Source: Centroscyllium fabricii (taxonomy: Eukaryota). Taken from it: a stretch of 64,000 nucleotides of DNA. The position numbers and the translations under genes were made by a program. Below are positions 24,896-37,522 of the stretch, in pieces (position 1 is the stretch's first letter; every line of letters starts with the position of its first letter). The stretch covers positions 79,794,001 through 79,858,000 of the forward strand of contig JBNRSN020000012.1 of assembly GCA_051313645.2 (NCBI GenBank), given 5' to 3'. The notes under the pieces are model-generated. The model was not told the origin of the DNA and searched no databases. It was given only the letters and a program-made list of their open reading frames with translations.

Positions 24896-25568
24896 CTTGG
24901 CAAGCAGTCTTCTGTTCAGCAGATTCATATCCAGCAGAGCAGGTACAAGCTCCAACAGGTACCATCCACTCCCCGTCCCCATTACAATACAGCTTCAAGG
25001 GGACAGATACTTCAATAGCGTTAGTGAGACAGGTACCAGGAGCAATGACAAGTGATGTAGGTTCTGCTCCGGTAACTGTTTCTGGAAAAACTGCGAAATT
25101 TGCAATCTCAGATGGGCATTTCTTGTAGTACACACGCAGAGAAATGATTGACATGCATGATCCCAGATCCTGAAACGCTAGGTAGAATCCACTCTTGGAC
25201 AATGGACCAAAGCTTCTGATCTTCGTGTTGACTCTCCCAGACTCCAGTTTGGAAAAACTCTCATCTGGTGCAATGGTGTCCACTTTCACATAAGGGTTCT
25301 CCATCCAGAATGGAGCAGATGCTGTTGCTGAGTCTGTGTCAGACTCATAGTAAAATAAATTAAAAGTTTCCTTACAAGAACCTGGGATATTTGGTATACT
25401 GTTGCAGTCCCGCACAGTGAATTTCATCTCCACATATACTCTCTGAATGTCTTTACGTACTATGTAAGTAGTTCGAAGCCAATTATTCTGGTTTGCTTCC
25501 ATCACATTACAAACCTGGTACGTGCGAATAGGATTCATTCCATCATCATACCCACTTACTTCTTCCCA
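24896..25568 (-). CDS. ephb3: Ephrin type-B receptor 3, exon 3 (ligand-binding domain and start of Cys-rich region), 673 nt
   Basis: [22 protein letters not shown]...[22 protein letters not shown]...[31 protein letters not shown]...[24 protein letters not shown]; acceptor ttcag, donor gtagg; the short loop before RVNTK and IPNIPGS fit EPHB3 better than EPHB1/2. Confidence 0.93.
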
Positions 25569-27029
25569 CTGAACAAAGAAAACAAAGAATATTTGTTGTA
25601 ACAGTAAAAAAAATCACTGACATTTTACAAATAATATATTAATAATATTATCCACATATTAACTATAAAAATGGTTCTATTGGGACTAAAGCTTCAAGTT
25701 CTCTATTAGTATTATACTGGATTGGTGATGTCATAGTCACTAGGGTTCTTAATCATTTAAAGAAAAATATTTAATTGCCGCTGTGACCCCTGCAATATTG
25801 CTGTACTTCTAAAAGCATTCATATGTACATGATCACAATTTGTGATATATATTTTAGTGCCATCCTGCACGAAGAAAATATTTTCATACATCCAACACAA
25901 TATTTAATTTACCATTCTAATCAGCCTTTGTTTTACATAAACATTTTTTTGTGGTCAGAAATGTTACTGTGTACAAGAAAATCCATTCTGCAAATTTCTG
26001 TAATCTTTGCTGCTTGACTTCCGAGAACACAGACTGCCATTGGAGGCTACTGGTTTAGGTAAACTAAAATCAACTGTGAAGATTTATTTTCTAAATTGTG
26101 ATTATAGATGTCTAGGCGGCTGGATTTACTAAGTAGTTAATAGCTGTTAAAGGTTAAAGGTCCCATCAGGTTTGGTCACGTCAATGTAACGCCTAAGGCT
26201 GCTTTTTTTTTAAAGTATCCAGACCTCTCTCAGGAGTCTGGACTGAAACTAATTGAGGGAGCAAATGCTTTTTAATAATATTAATGGTAGGCATACTGAA
26301 CATTACTTGTCACTTACAACATGTGAAACCATTGTTTTCGCACAAACTGCAAACAAATTTAGTATTTTTAAATCACCAAAACATCATCAAAGAATCTAAT
26401 TACATTTCATTTTTTTCCTGATTTGTGAATAAATTTAACTTAAATGATCAGTATAGAGTGTGGTCACACAGTGCAGTTAATTATGACTTTCTAAAAAGAA
26501 AATTATATCAGAGTAGAGATAAATTGTAAAACTGATTATGATCATCAGCTTTGGATGAGGGAACTGGAAGAGGAAGAAGGGCATGGTATGCAATGCCATT
26601 CAAACATTTCTAACTGGATGAGGTATGTTCAACAGGTTAAACTGTCTCTTCTTGTTCCACTTCATGCATTCTTCTGTTTATCTTTCACAACTATCACAAA
26701 CGCATCTTAAGATATAACTTATGTGGTTGCGGTACATGCTACTTATTGCTGTAAATTTTCAAAAAGTTGACAACTACAATCCATTTCAAAACAATGTATT
26801 AGAATGTTTGTACACATATTTAAATTGAAGAGTCTCCTTATTACTTTATGAACATAGATTACACAAAGATAAACACAATTGAGGAAGGCCTGTTGATGCA
26901 GTTATCTTATCCATCCACTGCCCATCTGGGACTTTTATGTAAAGAGTGTCCTTTTAAAGCAGTTGAAAAATATTTATTGAAAACAAAAATCAAGTCAAAC
27001 TCAGACTTCACTTATGATGAGGATTTTTG

Positions 27030-27618
27030 CTTTGTGAGGCCATACCTGGAATACTGCGTACAGTTTTGGTTTTCATATTTAAGAAAATATATACTTGCTC
27101 TCGAGGCAGTTCAGAGAAGGTTCACTCGGTTGATTCCGGAGATGAGGGGGTTGGCTTATGAGGAAAGGTAGAGTAAGTTGGGCCTCTAGTCATTGGAGTT
27201 CAGAAGAGTGAGAGGCGATCTTATCAAAACATATAAGATTGTGAGGGGGCTTGATCGGGTGGATGCGGTGAGGATGTTTCCACTGATGGGTGAGACTAGT
27301 ACTAGTGGGCATAGTCTGAGAATAAGGGGCTGCCCTTTCAAAACTGATATGAGGAGGAACTTCTTCACTCAGAGGGTGGTGAATCTATGGAATTTGCTGC
27401 CTCAGAGAGCTGTGGAAGCTGCGACATTAAATAAATTTAAAACGGAGATAAGACAGTTTCTTAGCTGATAAGGGAATAAGGGGTTACGGGGAACGGGCAG
27501 GGAAGTGGACGTGAGTCTAAGTTCGGATCAGCTATGACCCTACTGAATGACAGAGCAGACCCAAGGAGCCGTATGGCCTACTCCAGCTCCTACTTCTTAT
27601 GTTCTATGTTCTTATGTT
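27030..27618 (+). mobile_element. 5'-truncated CR1 (HER1-like) LINE
   Basis: VRPYLEYCVQFW...VQRRFTRLIP...RRVRGDLI...FFTQRVVNLWN; tail of TTCTTATG-type repeats. Confidence 0.9.
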
Positions 27619-28769
27619 ACGTGTAATGCCCTAATAAACCATGCACATTAGATATAAAAAGGCCATACAATGAATACAGTGGGTAAATACATACTTTACA
27701 CATGTATAATTGCACTCAGTTATTTACAGGTGAAAATTGTCCACAATATTTGTCATATTAAATAATGAAAGATATTTCGACTCAATGCCCAATCTTTTTT
27801 TTTCTGTTGAGAAGCTTCACACCTGTTCAAATATTCCTCCCCTTGTTGCCATTGGCAGAAAATGTTCTGTAACATATTCCATTAAACAATTAAAGCTGAG
27901 GCCTTAAATGTACAGATTTATTTGCAATGCCACAGGTTTAATCCTAATATTACTTTGTTTATTGAAGTATATGGTAAATACTTCACCCGTTACCACCAGC
28001 AGCAAAGACAATTGATGCTGAAGAAAGGTTTGTAAAAAATGAAACTTCAAAGACAGCACAATATCTGTGGCCAATGATACCTTACATGCAAATTCTGTGA
28101 TTTTATGCTATTGACATTAATCAATTGCAGAGATGTCTTTTTCACTTTTGAAGACAGTTTACCTTCTGTAGGTTAAAATTCATATTTTATTTTTTGGTTC
28201 AGGTTTCTACTGGTTTTCTTATCCCTCCATCTGTCACTCATGGGTTTTGATATGTCAATGACTTCATTGGAAAGGAAAATCCAGAGGTGTGATAAAATGA
28301 GCTGCTGATTCTACTGCCCAAGACTAATTTCACCCCATATTGTTAATTGTAGACCAGTGTGTTGAAAAGTGGAACTACACTGCATAGGAAAGCAGATCCG
28401 CCCAGACATGCAGTCAGTGCTGGTGTGCAGTATCCGCTCTCGTTGGATCAAATACAAAACAGAGTTGTTCCAGATTCTCCAGCACCAAAACATGGCATGA
28501 ATGGGGCATAAGATAGCTGAGATTTGGTTGCAAATCGCAACTAATTTTGTTGATTCACTCATGGATAAGCAATACATAGATATGATGCTGAATATTTCTT
28601 AGCAATGGTGTCACACAACACCATTTAATGGATCGATAAAGCTAAATACTAGGAAGTGTCAGATGTGGTGCGGCATGCCCCTTCATTTTAATCTTCCTAA
28701 TTTTGAAAAAATAAATGCACATCTGATCTAAAATTTTAATTCCAATGTACCTAATCGCATACCATTCAC

Positions 28770-29110
28770 AGGTTACATAAATGTCCTGATCCAGCGCTTC
28801 ACACAACTAATTAATTTTGAAGTGCAGTGAGTATTGTAATGTAGGCAGATGCAGCAGCCATTCTACACTTGCAGCATTCCACAAACAGCAATGAGATGAA
28901 TGATCAGATAGTTGTGTTTTTAGCGAAGTTAGTTGTCCAGAATGTCAGGTTCTTTATGCTTTTTATGCTTCTTTATACAGTGGCTAAAGGATCTTTAACA
29001 ATTTTAGTAGACAGAGCAATAGCTTAACGTCTCACCCAAAGGGCAGCAGCTCCATCAATGCCCAGTTCCCTCAGTACTGCACTGGAATGTCGGCCTAAGG
29101 GATCAGTTCA
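28770..29110 (-). mobile_element. Decayed DeuSINE (SacSINE1/AmnSINE1-like Deu domain)
   Basis: 'gcagcagccattctacac..ccacaaacagcaatgagatgaatgatcagata', 'ttaacgtctcacccaaagggcagc', 'ccctcagtactgcactgg' resemble the recalled Deu consensus and the copy at 30795-31185. Confidence 0.65.
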
Positions 29111-29202
29111 AAGCTTCCGGCACTAAAATGATTTGTTAGAAGCTGTTTTTATTATCATTTTAATTTTGTTAGCCAGTAATATATTGTATAAATTGTCCTT
29201 AC

Positions 29203-29267
29203 CCCCGATTCTGGGTGTGCAGTCCATCCCAACTCGGCAGTCGCCCATCTTGAATCCATAAGAGTCT
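29203..29267 (-). CDS. ephb3: Ephrin type-B receptor 3, exon 2 (65 nt)
   Basis: (E)TLMDSRWATAELGWTAHPESG; acceptor cacag, donor gtaagg; phase 0 end joins in frame to WEEVSG of exon 3. Confidence 0.93.
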
Positions 29268-29924
29268 CTGTGGACCAAAATGGAGGCAAAATCAATGCAA
29301 GTTCTAATAATGAAAAAATAGCTATACAAATACAAAGCAGAATCCACAATAACTCACATATTCACACAGAGTCAGAAGAATAAAGCATAGCAAAATTTAA
29401 TTACTGATCCATTGTACCCATTCCTCAGAAATATAGCTGCTGCATACAATATAATATGAGTTTGGTCGCCTGCTTTTATAACTCTAATATGCCATTCACC
29501 CATAGAGAAGTAACTGTGCAAAAGGTACATTTACTTCTTTAGAAACAAATGTTCTGTGCTACATCCACAGCATTTTTTGATTTATGCAGACTACAACCTG
29601 GGGGTCTCAGCACATAAATCGACACTTTAAAAGACAAAGGTTAAGGAAACCAGAGGCACAAATTGCTTGGGAGGGAGGACAGGGTCAAAAGCACAGAGGG
29701 GTTTTAAAATAGATCAGGGTAATTCACATTAAACATGCCCTACAGCAGAGAAAGACTGTTACAAATCAGTGAAACAGGGGACGATTTTTGTAGCCATATG
29801 TGAGGAAGAACAGCTGCTCACCAGCTTGACCATTATAAAGGGCTATTGCTAACTTAAATCTGTGTAGATGAATAAGATTTACCAAAATATACTTTGAGCA
29901 TAAAGTGCCAGTTTTGTTCTGTAC

Positions 29925-31310
29925 AGAAGACAAATAGGTGGAGTGTTAACAAGTGAGCAAAACATAAGGTTAGAGGTAAAGGGATGTTTTTTGGACTGTA
30001 AAGATATGGTAATTAATGTTCCACAGACAGGGGCCTGTGTTGAGACAGCTGTTATTTACTCTATAAGTATAAATGATCTTGACGTAGAAATTAAGGAAAC
30101 AATATCAACATTTGTTGATGGCATCAATTTGTGATTATAAGAAACTATGACCAGGACTCTGAAAGACCACAGGGGACAGCGATAAGCTAGCAGGATGGGC
30201 AGATAAGTGGCAGATGCAGTTTAATGTCGAGAAATGCTTGGTAATATGTTTTGAAAGTAAGAATAAGAGAATGAGGTGTCCCTTTAATTGTAAGATTTTA
30301 GATGGGGTAAAGAAGCCTTGGTGCACAGATACATAGGTCATTATACGTGGCAACACAAATAGATAAAGACATTTTAAATTATTGCTATTGTATCTTCAGG
30401 CACATAATAAAAGGAAGTAATAACAAGTGAAAGGGGATAATATTAAACTAAAGCAAAACCTTATTTACAATACAGTTGGACAGAAAGGATATAAAAGCAA
30501 TGTTACCAGGGATTATGGGTTACAGTTAGGAAGAAAAACTTGAGAAGTAAGAATATTTTTTAGTGGAACTGAAAAGGTTGGGGGTCTTCAAAATATTGAA
30601 AAGTTAAAATCGAGTAAATCGTTTTTTTCTATTGACCAATGAGATAGTAACAGGAGAACACAGTTTTAAGACAAAAAGAAGTAAAGTTAGAAAACATTTC
30701 TTTACACAGAATATGGAATTATTTGGCATAAACTTTTGTTGAAATAGTGTTCATAAGTTTTTAAAGGGGAATTAGTTTGTTGTTTGAACGAAGGAACTTG
30801 CATTTACGTAGCAACTTTTACATCCACAGGAGACCTTAAAGTATTTCACAAACAATGGATTTTTTTTGATGGACGCATGTGCTATATAGGCAAATGTGGC
30901 AGCCAATTTGCACACACGTCCCACAAATGACTAGTTCATCTGTTTTTGATGGTGTTGGTTGAGGCAGGAGTGTTGGCAGGACAATTCCCTGCTCTTTTTC
31001 AAATTGTGCCGTAAGATATTTTGCATTGACCTAAGCTGGTAGATGGGGCCTCAGTTTGACCTCTCATCCAAAAGGCAGCCCCTCCAACAATGAAATGTTG
31101 GTCTAGATTATGTGCTCAAGTCCGTAGTGGTACTTGAACCTATGACCTTCGGACTCAGAGGCAAGGCTACAACCAATTGAGCCAATGAAAGAGCAATAGT
31201 GAAGGGTATGGAGAGTGAGTATGAGACTGAATTAAACTAGTTGACTCATGGAGAAAAAGCATCAGGACAGACTTGATGGCTCAAATGGCCTATTTCCGTC
31301 CTGCACACTC
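29925..31310 (+). mobile_element. Old CR1 fragment interrupted by a DeuSINE
   Basis: INDLDVEIKETISTFVDG and WADKWQMQFNVEKC remnants; the tail resumes after 31186. Confidence 0.65.
30795..31185 (-). mobile_element. DeuSINE with tRNA-derived head
   Basis: Reverse tRNA-like head 'cttgaacctatgaccttcggactcagaggcaagg..tgagcca'; Deu-like core; L2-like tail 'aacttgcatttacgtagc'. Confidence 0.7.
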
Positions 31311-31498
31311 TAATTGAGCCGATGATTATATAAGGCCCTACATTTTTACCACATTGATTTCAAAGCACAATTTACAAATCTCCTTAGTATTTATCAGTTG
31401 CAAATTGTGGTAAAATACACAATCTAAAGTAAAATAATTAAGCATATCTTGCCATTTAATTTTTCTCAATATGTGTATCCTCGTCGTTGTTGCTTTAA

Positions 31499-31884
31499 GG
31501 GTGGCACGGTGGCACAGTGGTTAGCACTGCTGTCTCACAGCACTGGAGACCCGGGTTCAAATCCAGCCTCGGGTACTATCTGTGTGGAGTTTGTACATTC
31601 TCCCCGTGTCTGCGTGGGTTTCCTCCGGGTGCTCCGGTTTCCTCCCACAGTCCAAAGATGTGCGGGTTAGGTTGATTGGCCAGGATAAATTGACCCTTAG
31701 TGTTAGGGGGATTGAATATGTGGGGTTACGGGGATAGGGTGGGATATGTGTCAGTGTAGGCTCGATAGGGATATGGGGAGAGGGCAGGGGCGGGGTACTG
31801 GGTTTGGATGATCAGCCATGATCTCATTGAATGGCGGAGCAGGCTCGAAGGGCCGAATGGCCTACTCCTGCTCCTAGTTTCTAT
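31499..31884 (+). mobile_element. HE1-type V-SINE
   Basis: tRNA head (TGGCACAGTGG, GGTTCAAATCC), V-domain 'ttctccccgtgtctgcgtgggtttcctccgggtgctccggtttcctcccaca', CR1/HER1-like tail. Confidence 0.9.
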
Positions 31885-32692
31885 TTGCTTGTGCATATAC
31901 AGCCAAATGTATATGTGTGTCCATATGCCTTTATACCTCAATGAAGAAATGGAGTTATTCAAAATTTTCGCAGAAAAATACTTGATGTATTGAAACGATA
32001 TCAGAAACAAATCACTAAGACATTATTTACACCAATGTAAACTGAGGTAAGAATCCATGTCACGCTCAAGTTGCAGGTAAAAGTGAATAATTTGCTGACT
32101 CACAGAAGAGACACACCTTAGTTCATTCTAGAATTAAACAGTTTTCCAATGTTATTTTGCCCTAAAGCAAAAAACACACCACTACTGTTCAGCTCCTGCA
32201 TTTGAGATCACAGGTAATTAATTGTGCCAATACTCCATTGAGCAATATCTGAAAACCAAGGAACAAGGATGACAAAAGTTCAAATACCTGTATTAACAAA
32301 CGCACTGTCTAATTAAATATGGATGTTAACTCATAAAAAAGCTCTTGCCAAATTTGTTTGTTGCCTAAATAAATCAATTAGTGCCATAATGAGATGTAAA
32401 TCAACAGGAGCTCTTGGTCAGTGGGATCAAGTGACATGCTAGTGTAAGCAAATTTGAGTCCATCAGGCTGCTGCTGCCTGTTTGCTCAGCATTTGCTCAA
32501 ACAATACAGATAATACAAAGCATGAATGACAGAAGATAAATGTTTCTGGATTGTTCTCGTGAATTTAAAGTAGAAAATGAATTTTCAAGAAAAATAATAT
32601 TGTCATTAAAGTCAGCTTCAAAGCCATAAACATTAGGCTGCCTTTGTGGGGGTGCATACTATGTTGTTTAGTATAAGGCATAATGGTGCTAA

Positions 32693-33422
32693 TGCCCTAG
32701 TTTCACTGGAGGCTACGAATTCCCGAATCGTGCCGATTTTTAAATTTGGCCGATTCGTGGGTCATTCTTGCAATTCGTAGTGGATTCGTAGTAGATTCGT
32801 AGTGGATTCGTAGCGGAATCGTAGAGTTCGCGGTAGTTCGCGGGAGTTCTTTTACTTTTAAGGAAAGTTTTTGTTTGTCAAAAAATTTCGTAGGAGGGTT
32901 CACGAATTTTCAATTCGTGATAGATTCGTAAACAATTCGTGACCCATTCTTACCGTTCGTGACCCTTTCTTACCGTTCGTAACTGATTCGTAGTGGATTC
33001 GTGGTCCATTCTTGACTATTCTTGGGCATTCTTCATTTTTTCAAAATCAAGAATGCACCACGAATGCACCACGAATGCACCACGATTGTCCACGAATGTC
33101 CACGAATGCACTACGAATGCAATTCGTAGATAATTCGTAGCTAATTCGTAGAATTCGTAACTAATTCGTGGAGTTCGTAGTGGATTCTTAACTAATTCTT
33201 GCAATTCGTGGTGGATTCGTGAGTGATTCGTACCTCATTCGTAAAATAATTCGTGATAGATTCGTAACCTTGTCCAGAATCGCCAAGAATTCACCAAGAA
33301 TCGCCAAGATTCAACCAAGTATTTTTCGCATTTCATGCAGAATCACCAAGAATCGCCAAGATTTCGATTCTGGACGATTCTTGGGATACTTGGCATACTT
33401 AGCCTCCAGTGAAACTAGGGCA
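32693..33422. mobile_element. PIF/Harbinger MITE, 730 bp
   Basis: Perfect 23-bp TIR TGCCCTAGTTTCACTGGAGGCTA, TAA TSD on both sides, interior packed with ATTCGT/ACGAAT/AAGAAT motifs. Confidence 0.92.
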
Positions 33423-36252
33423 TAACTAAGGAATTCCCTGCAGGCATTGTTGATGTCCTGAAATTTGCTCTTAATCTCAGTCCCGTTTATCTTAAATCTT
33501 GGTGAAAGTGAACAAGAATGAATCAAGCCAATTAGCACCAGTTCTCTTAAAATATATAACTATTAACTGTGTGAGATTGAAAGATCATCTGTTTATACCA
33601 TTTTCTTTCAAATAATTTCAAAAAAATTAATTTCTTTCAAATTCTTAATGATAAATACTAGAAAGCAGAATTGGAGAAACAAACTACACTACAAAACATG
33701 CTTTAATTCACAGTATTATTGAAATAAAATGGAAACACGAAACGTGTTAAGACACTCAAGCATAGCAATGTCATACAATGTACGACCAATACCTTTGCCT
33801 CTGTTGTTTTTCACATGACAGTGACCTATGATATTGCTGTATTTTGATCCCTGATTTAAAATGCATTACAAAGCAGATCCATTCCATAGTCTCTTTTAGA
33901 AACCACAAGTTCTAGGGATTAATAGAAATAATCAAAGATGCCGAATCATTTGGCCACCATCTTCTTTTAGTTACTTATATCAAATTGATCTATAGAATTT
34001 AAAGCTGCATGCCTGACAATTTGTTTAGTTTGAATCAATAACCTTCACCCTCAAGAGAAGTAGCTGCTGCACAAATCACAATTCAAAAACCATTTACTTC
34101 TTGAAATATTGAACTGGAAAGTTGACTAAATTGAATTTAAAGTGATCATTTTTTATTTCGATGCTGCTATAGGCCAGCCTGTCAATCACAAAGTCATTTC
34201 ACTGCATAGCGGGGGTTTAGAACAAATATCAATTATTTTTTAAACTGGATGCAGGTCGCAGGTGCTAGGATTTTCTTAGGCTCTCTTTGGCTGTGTGGGA
34301 AGGAGACTTAAGTGACCAATGGAGATCAGGATTTCTGGCAAAAATAATACACTAGATCAAATTATCTTAAATATTTCCCATACTGACCAAAAATATTGAA
34401 GCATTAATTTCAGCTAATAACATCTTTGGTTAATCTTTAGTAATCAGTTTTGTCACAAGTAGAAATTGTGTAGCTTTGGAATGAATTTTCAAATTTAACA
34501 AAAGCCAGAACTAGCCAAAAACATCTACATATCTGAATTTTAGTGTATAGCATGCAAAGAGAAACCAGAGCGGTGGTCTTGCAGACTTTGTGCCCTTTGC
34601 TGAAGAGAATGGATGTTGTGGGCAGTAGTTAAGAGAGGGAGAAAACAGAATTGGAGAGGTGGATGTAATTTCTTATCGTGATAATAGAAAGCTGAAAATG
34701 TATTCCACAAAGTTGCATTCACCTTTTGATTGCTGTGTTACAGTGCAACTCATCAGGCCTATACAATGCGTTTGTGAAGTGTTATGACTATGCCTCTGTC
34801 TCTCCTCTCCTCACTTGTTACTCTCTCTCTTCCTCCTGAGATCTAGATTACATTTATCATTGCCTTTTTTGCCTTTACCTTCTTCTTTGGTAATCTTTCA
34901 ATTTACTTCAATTCAGGAATGTGTAAACAGATTGCTTGTGTTCTCCAAAGCCTCTCTGCAATATCTTTTCTCTGAATCTGCCCTGCATAATTTTCAAATT
35001 TATCTTCGACTTTATCTTGCTACTCTGCATACCTAGCACAACACACCAAGGCATGTGCAGAGCATATTTTGTTATAAAGTGCATTCAATAGGTAGACCGG
35101 GCAGTATTTATTTTAAAATGGTAAGACTATAGTCATAACCGCTTTAGTGGCTGCTCTAGGTCAAACTTGATGCGGACATTCCAACGTTGCTGCAGTGGCA
35201 AAACTGGGCTTTTGTCAATGTACCAAAATCTGGGAAAGAGTTAAAATAAAAGCAAGCTCCGCACGTCCCGCAAGGAGCTGTCCTGTGGTTTTCATCTTAT
35301 TCCCCAATGATTTATGTAAAACCCAAGTGTGCCATATTGTGCAAATGGTTTGTGACAAGGTTCAGTTCCTGTACTGGAAGTCATTTATCTTCATCAGAGG
35401 TGATGAAATGATCCCTGACTCTTGATTATACTTACCATGTGTCTCCAAAGGCGTCAGAAGGTTGAAAATGTGAGGAAAAATATAATGAGACTTGTGTGAA
35501 AGATATCCAACAACGACTTGACAAATATTCTCTGCAGAATAGTTGCTGATAGAATTAAAGCAGATGCCATGGGTAGATTTGAGTGAAACTTTACACCTCG
35601 TACCTAATGGGGTTATATTTTGAAGGCCCTTAAGCCATGCTCAGCTGTTTATGATGTAGATAAATTTATTAATCGTAATGTTCAGTGTCACTTTAAGGAC
35701 AGCAGAATTAGATTGAAGACATAGTCCAGACCTTTTGTAAGCCCCAGCAACATCTTTCATATGTTAATAGACTGAGTTAGCATGATCACTTTAAAAGTGT
35801 ACCAAATCTAAATGGATTTACTTTGCAAATAAAGTTGCGTAAATTATTATATCATATGGTAGTTGAGTAGCCTTTGCTAATTAATTCTTACAACGCAAGT
35901 AATAACAGTATTATCCCCAATACTGTTTAGCAAGTAACGGTCTAAGGATCCTAATGAAATAACTGGGCTGTGCAATCAGACTGTAATTACTATGATATTG
36001 TACAAACTTGAAGCGGGAGTTATATCACTAAAGTTAAGTACAAAATACACAGAAATTGAATGGACAAAACTGAATATATTTACCAGGCATAATGAATAAA
36101 AACAAACTGTGCTTTGCTATCTGAACACCATACTTATAGATTAACAAGGCAAAGGTATCAATTTCTATCTGGCAGAGAGATAGATGGAAACTCACAGCAA
36201 GGTCAATCAACATCTGTGGAAAGAACAGTTGACATTTTGGTCTTACCCTTCA

Positions 36253-36428
36253 TTCACGCACAGGCATCTTCCATCTTTTAAAATGAAGTTCGGGACCTGG
36301 AACGTCAGGTCCCTCATGGACAAAGAGACTGTAGGTCCCGCATTGGACTCGTCAGTCACCTGAGAACTAATTTTTAATGTGGAAGCAAGTCATCCTCGGT
36401 TCCGAGGGACTGCCTAAGAAGATAAGAA
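36253..36428 (+). mobile_element. Internally deleted RTE-clade LINE (ORF start fused to 3' end)
   Basis: ATG 36283 MKFGTWNVRSLMD (endonuclease start) is joined to 'RDCRSRIGLVSHLRT'-like C-terminus and tail 'gtcatcctcggttccgagggactgcctaagaag'. Confidence 0.65.
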
Positions 36429-37312
36429 GGATGGGTATGAACCAGAAGCATCAATTTAGGTGTTTTCTTTGCAGATACTGACTATCCTATTGTGTGTTAC
36501 CAGTTCTTTTTTAATTTCAGATTTCCAGTATTTGCTTTTTACTGATAGTGTCTCACTTTCAATTTTCTGTTTCTTTCTGCAGGGTGGCGGGGTGGGGGGG
36601 GCGGTCGCGGTTTTTGTGGTGGTGGTGGGTTGAGCCTCATCTTATCCAGATGGTCCAGAGAGACTGGAAATTCACCATGTTGGAAATTGAACTTGTATCC
36701 AACCTCTCCGTCTATCTGTATCCAACCAGCTGTGGCAACAAGCTGACCTGAATACACAGGGGTAAATTTTCAACTGCAGTATGCCTGGCAGACTGTCATC
36801 TGCTGAGGGTATATTTTGAGAATTGGCGCACATATTTATCCCATCATGTTTTAAACGTTTTAGTCCTGGAAATTACAGTTGCCAATATTAATAGGCCACA
36901 CTTCACATGCCCATAATAGGGGGGGATTTTACCGGAAGGGCGGGGAATTGGCGGGGAATGATCAGGGTGGGTTTTGATCCCGCCCGCTAAAGTGCCTGCA
37001 TTTCGCACGTTATTTTAGCCTAAGTACCCAATTAAATTCCCGTCTGTGGAAAGCCTTCTCAATCTACGATTTCCAGTCAGAAAGTTGCACCATAGGACGT
37101 CAGCATTCCCGTTCCTTTAAATGAACACAGCTCGCCTCCCGCACTCCTCAGCATTCTGCTACCACTTAGCAGTATGTCAGAGCGTATGGGTGCTGCATTG
37201 GGCAGTGGCAGGGGATGACCTGCCCCCAGATTTGATGAGGCCTCCCTCGACGCATTAGTTGAGGGGGCGACGACGCACAGGGAGGTTCTCGTCCCCTCCT
37301 CAGGGAGGAAGA

Positions 37313-37522
37313 CATAATGTGCAGGTGCCGGTGTTGGACTGGGGTGGACAAATGCAAGAAGTCACACAACACCAGATTATAGTCCAACGGTTTTATTTTA
37401 AATCACAAGCTTTCGGAGCGCTGCTCCTTCCTCAGGTGGACATCGAAGGAGCAGCGCTCCGAAAGCTTGTAATTTAAAATAAAACCGTTGGACTATAATC
37501 TGGTGTTGTGTGACTTCTTGCA
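37313..37522. mobile_element. Penelope-like fold-back insertion
   Basis: Inverted arms; 13-bp TSD TCAGGGAGGAAGA at 37300-37312 and 37523-37535; same sequence family as 46949 and 53590. Confidence 0.85.
37403..37438 (-). ncRNA. Minimal type I hammerhead ribozyme motif
   Basis: cac-CUGAGGA-a-GGAGC-agc-GCUCC-GAAA-gcuu-gug on the minus strand. Confidence 0.65.

Noticed and set aside
24861-25538. Stand-alone 225-aa Eph ORF; EPHB1/EPHB2 identity
   Set aside because: It is an internal exon bounded by splice sites; diagnostic residues and loop length fit EPHB3.
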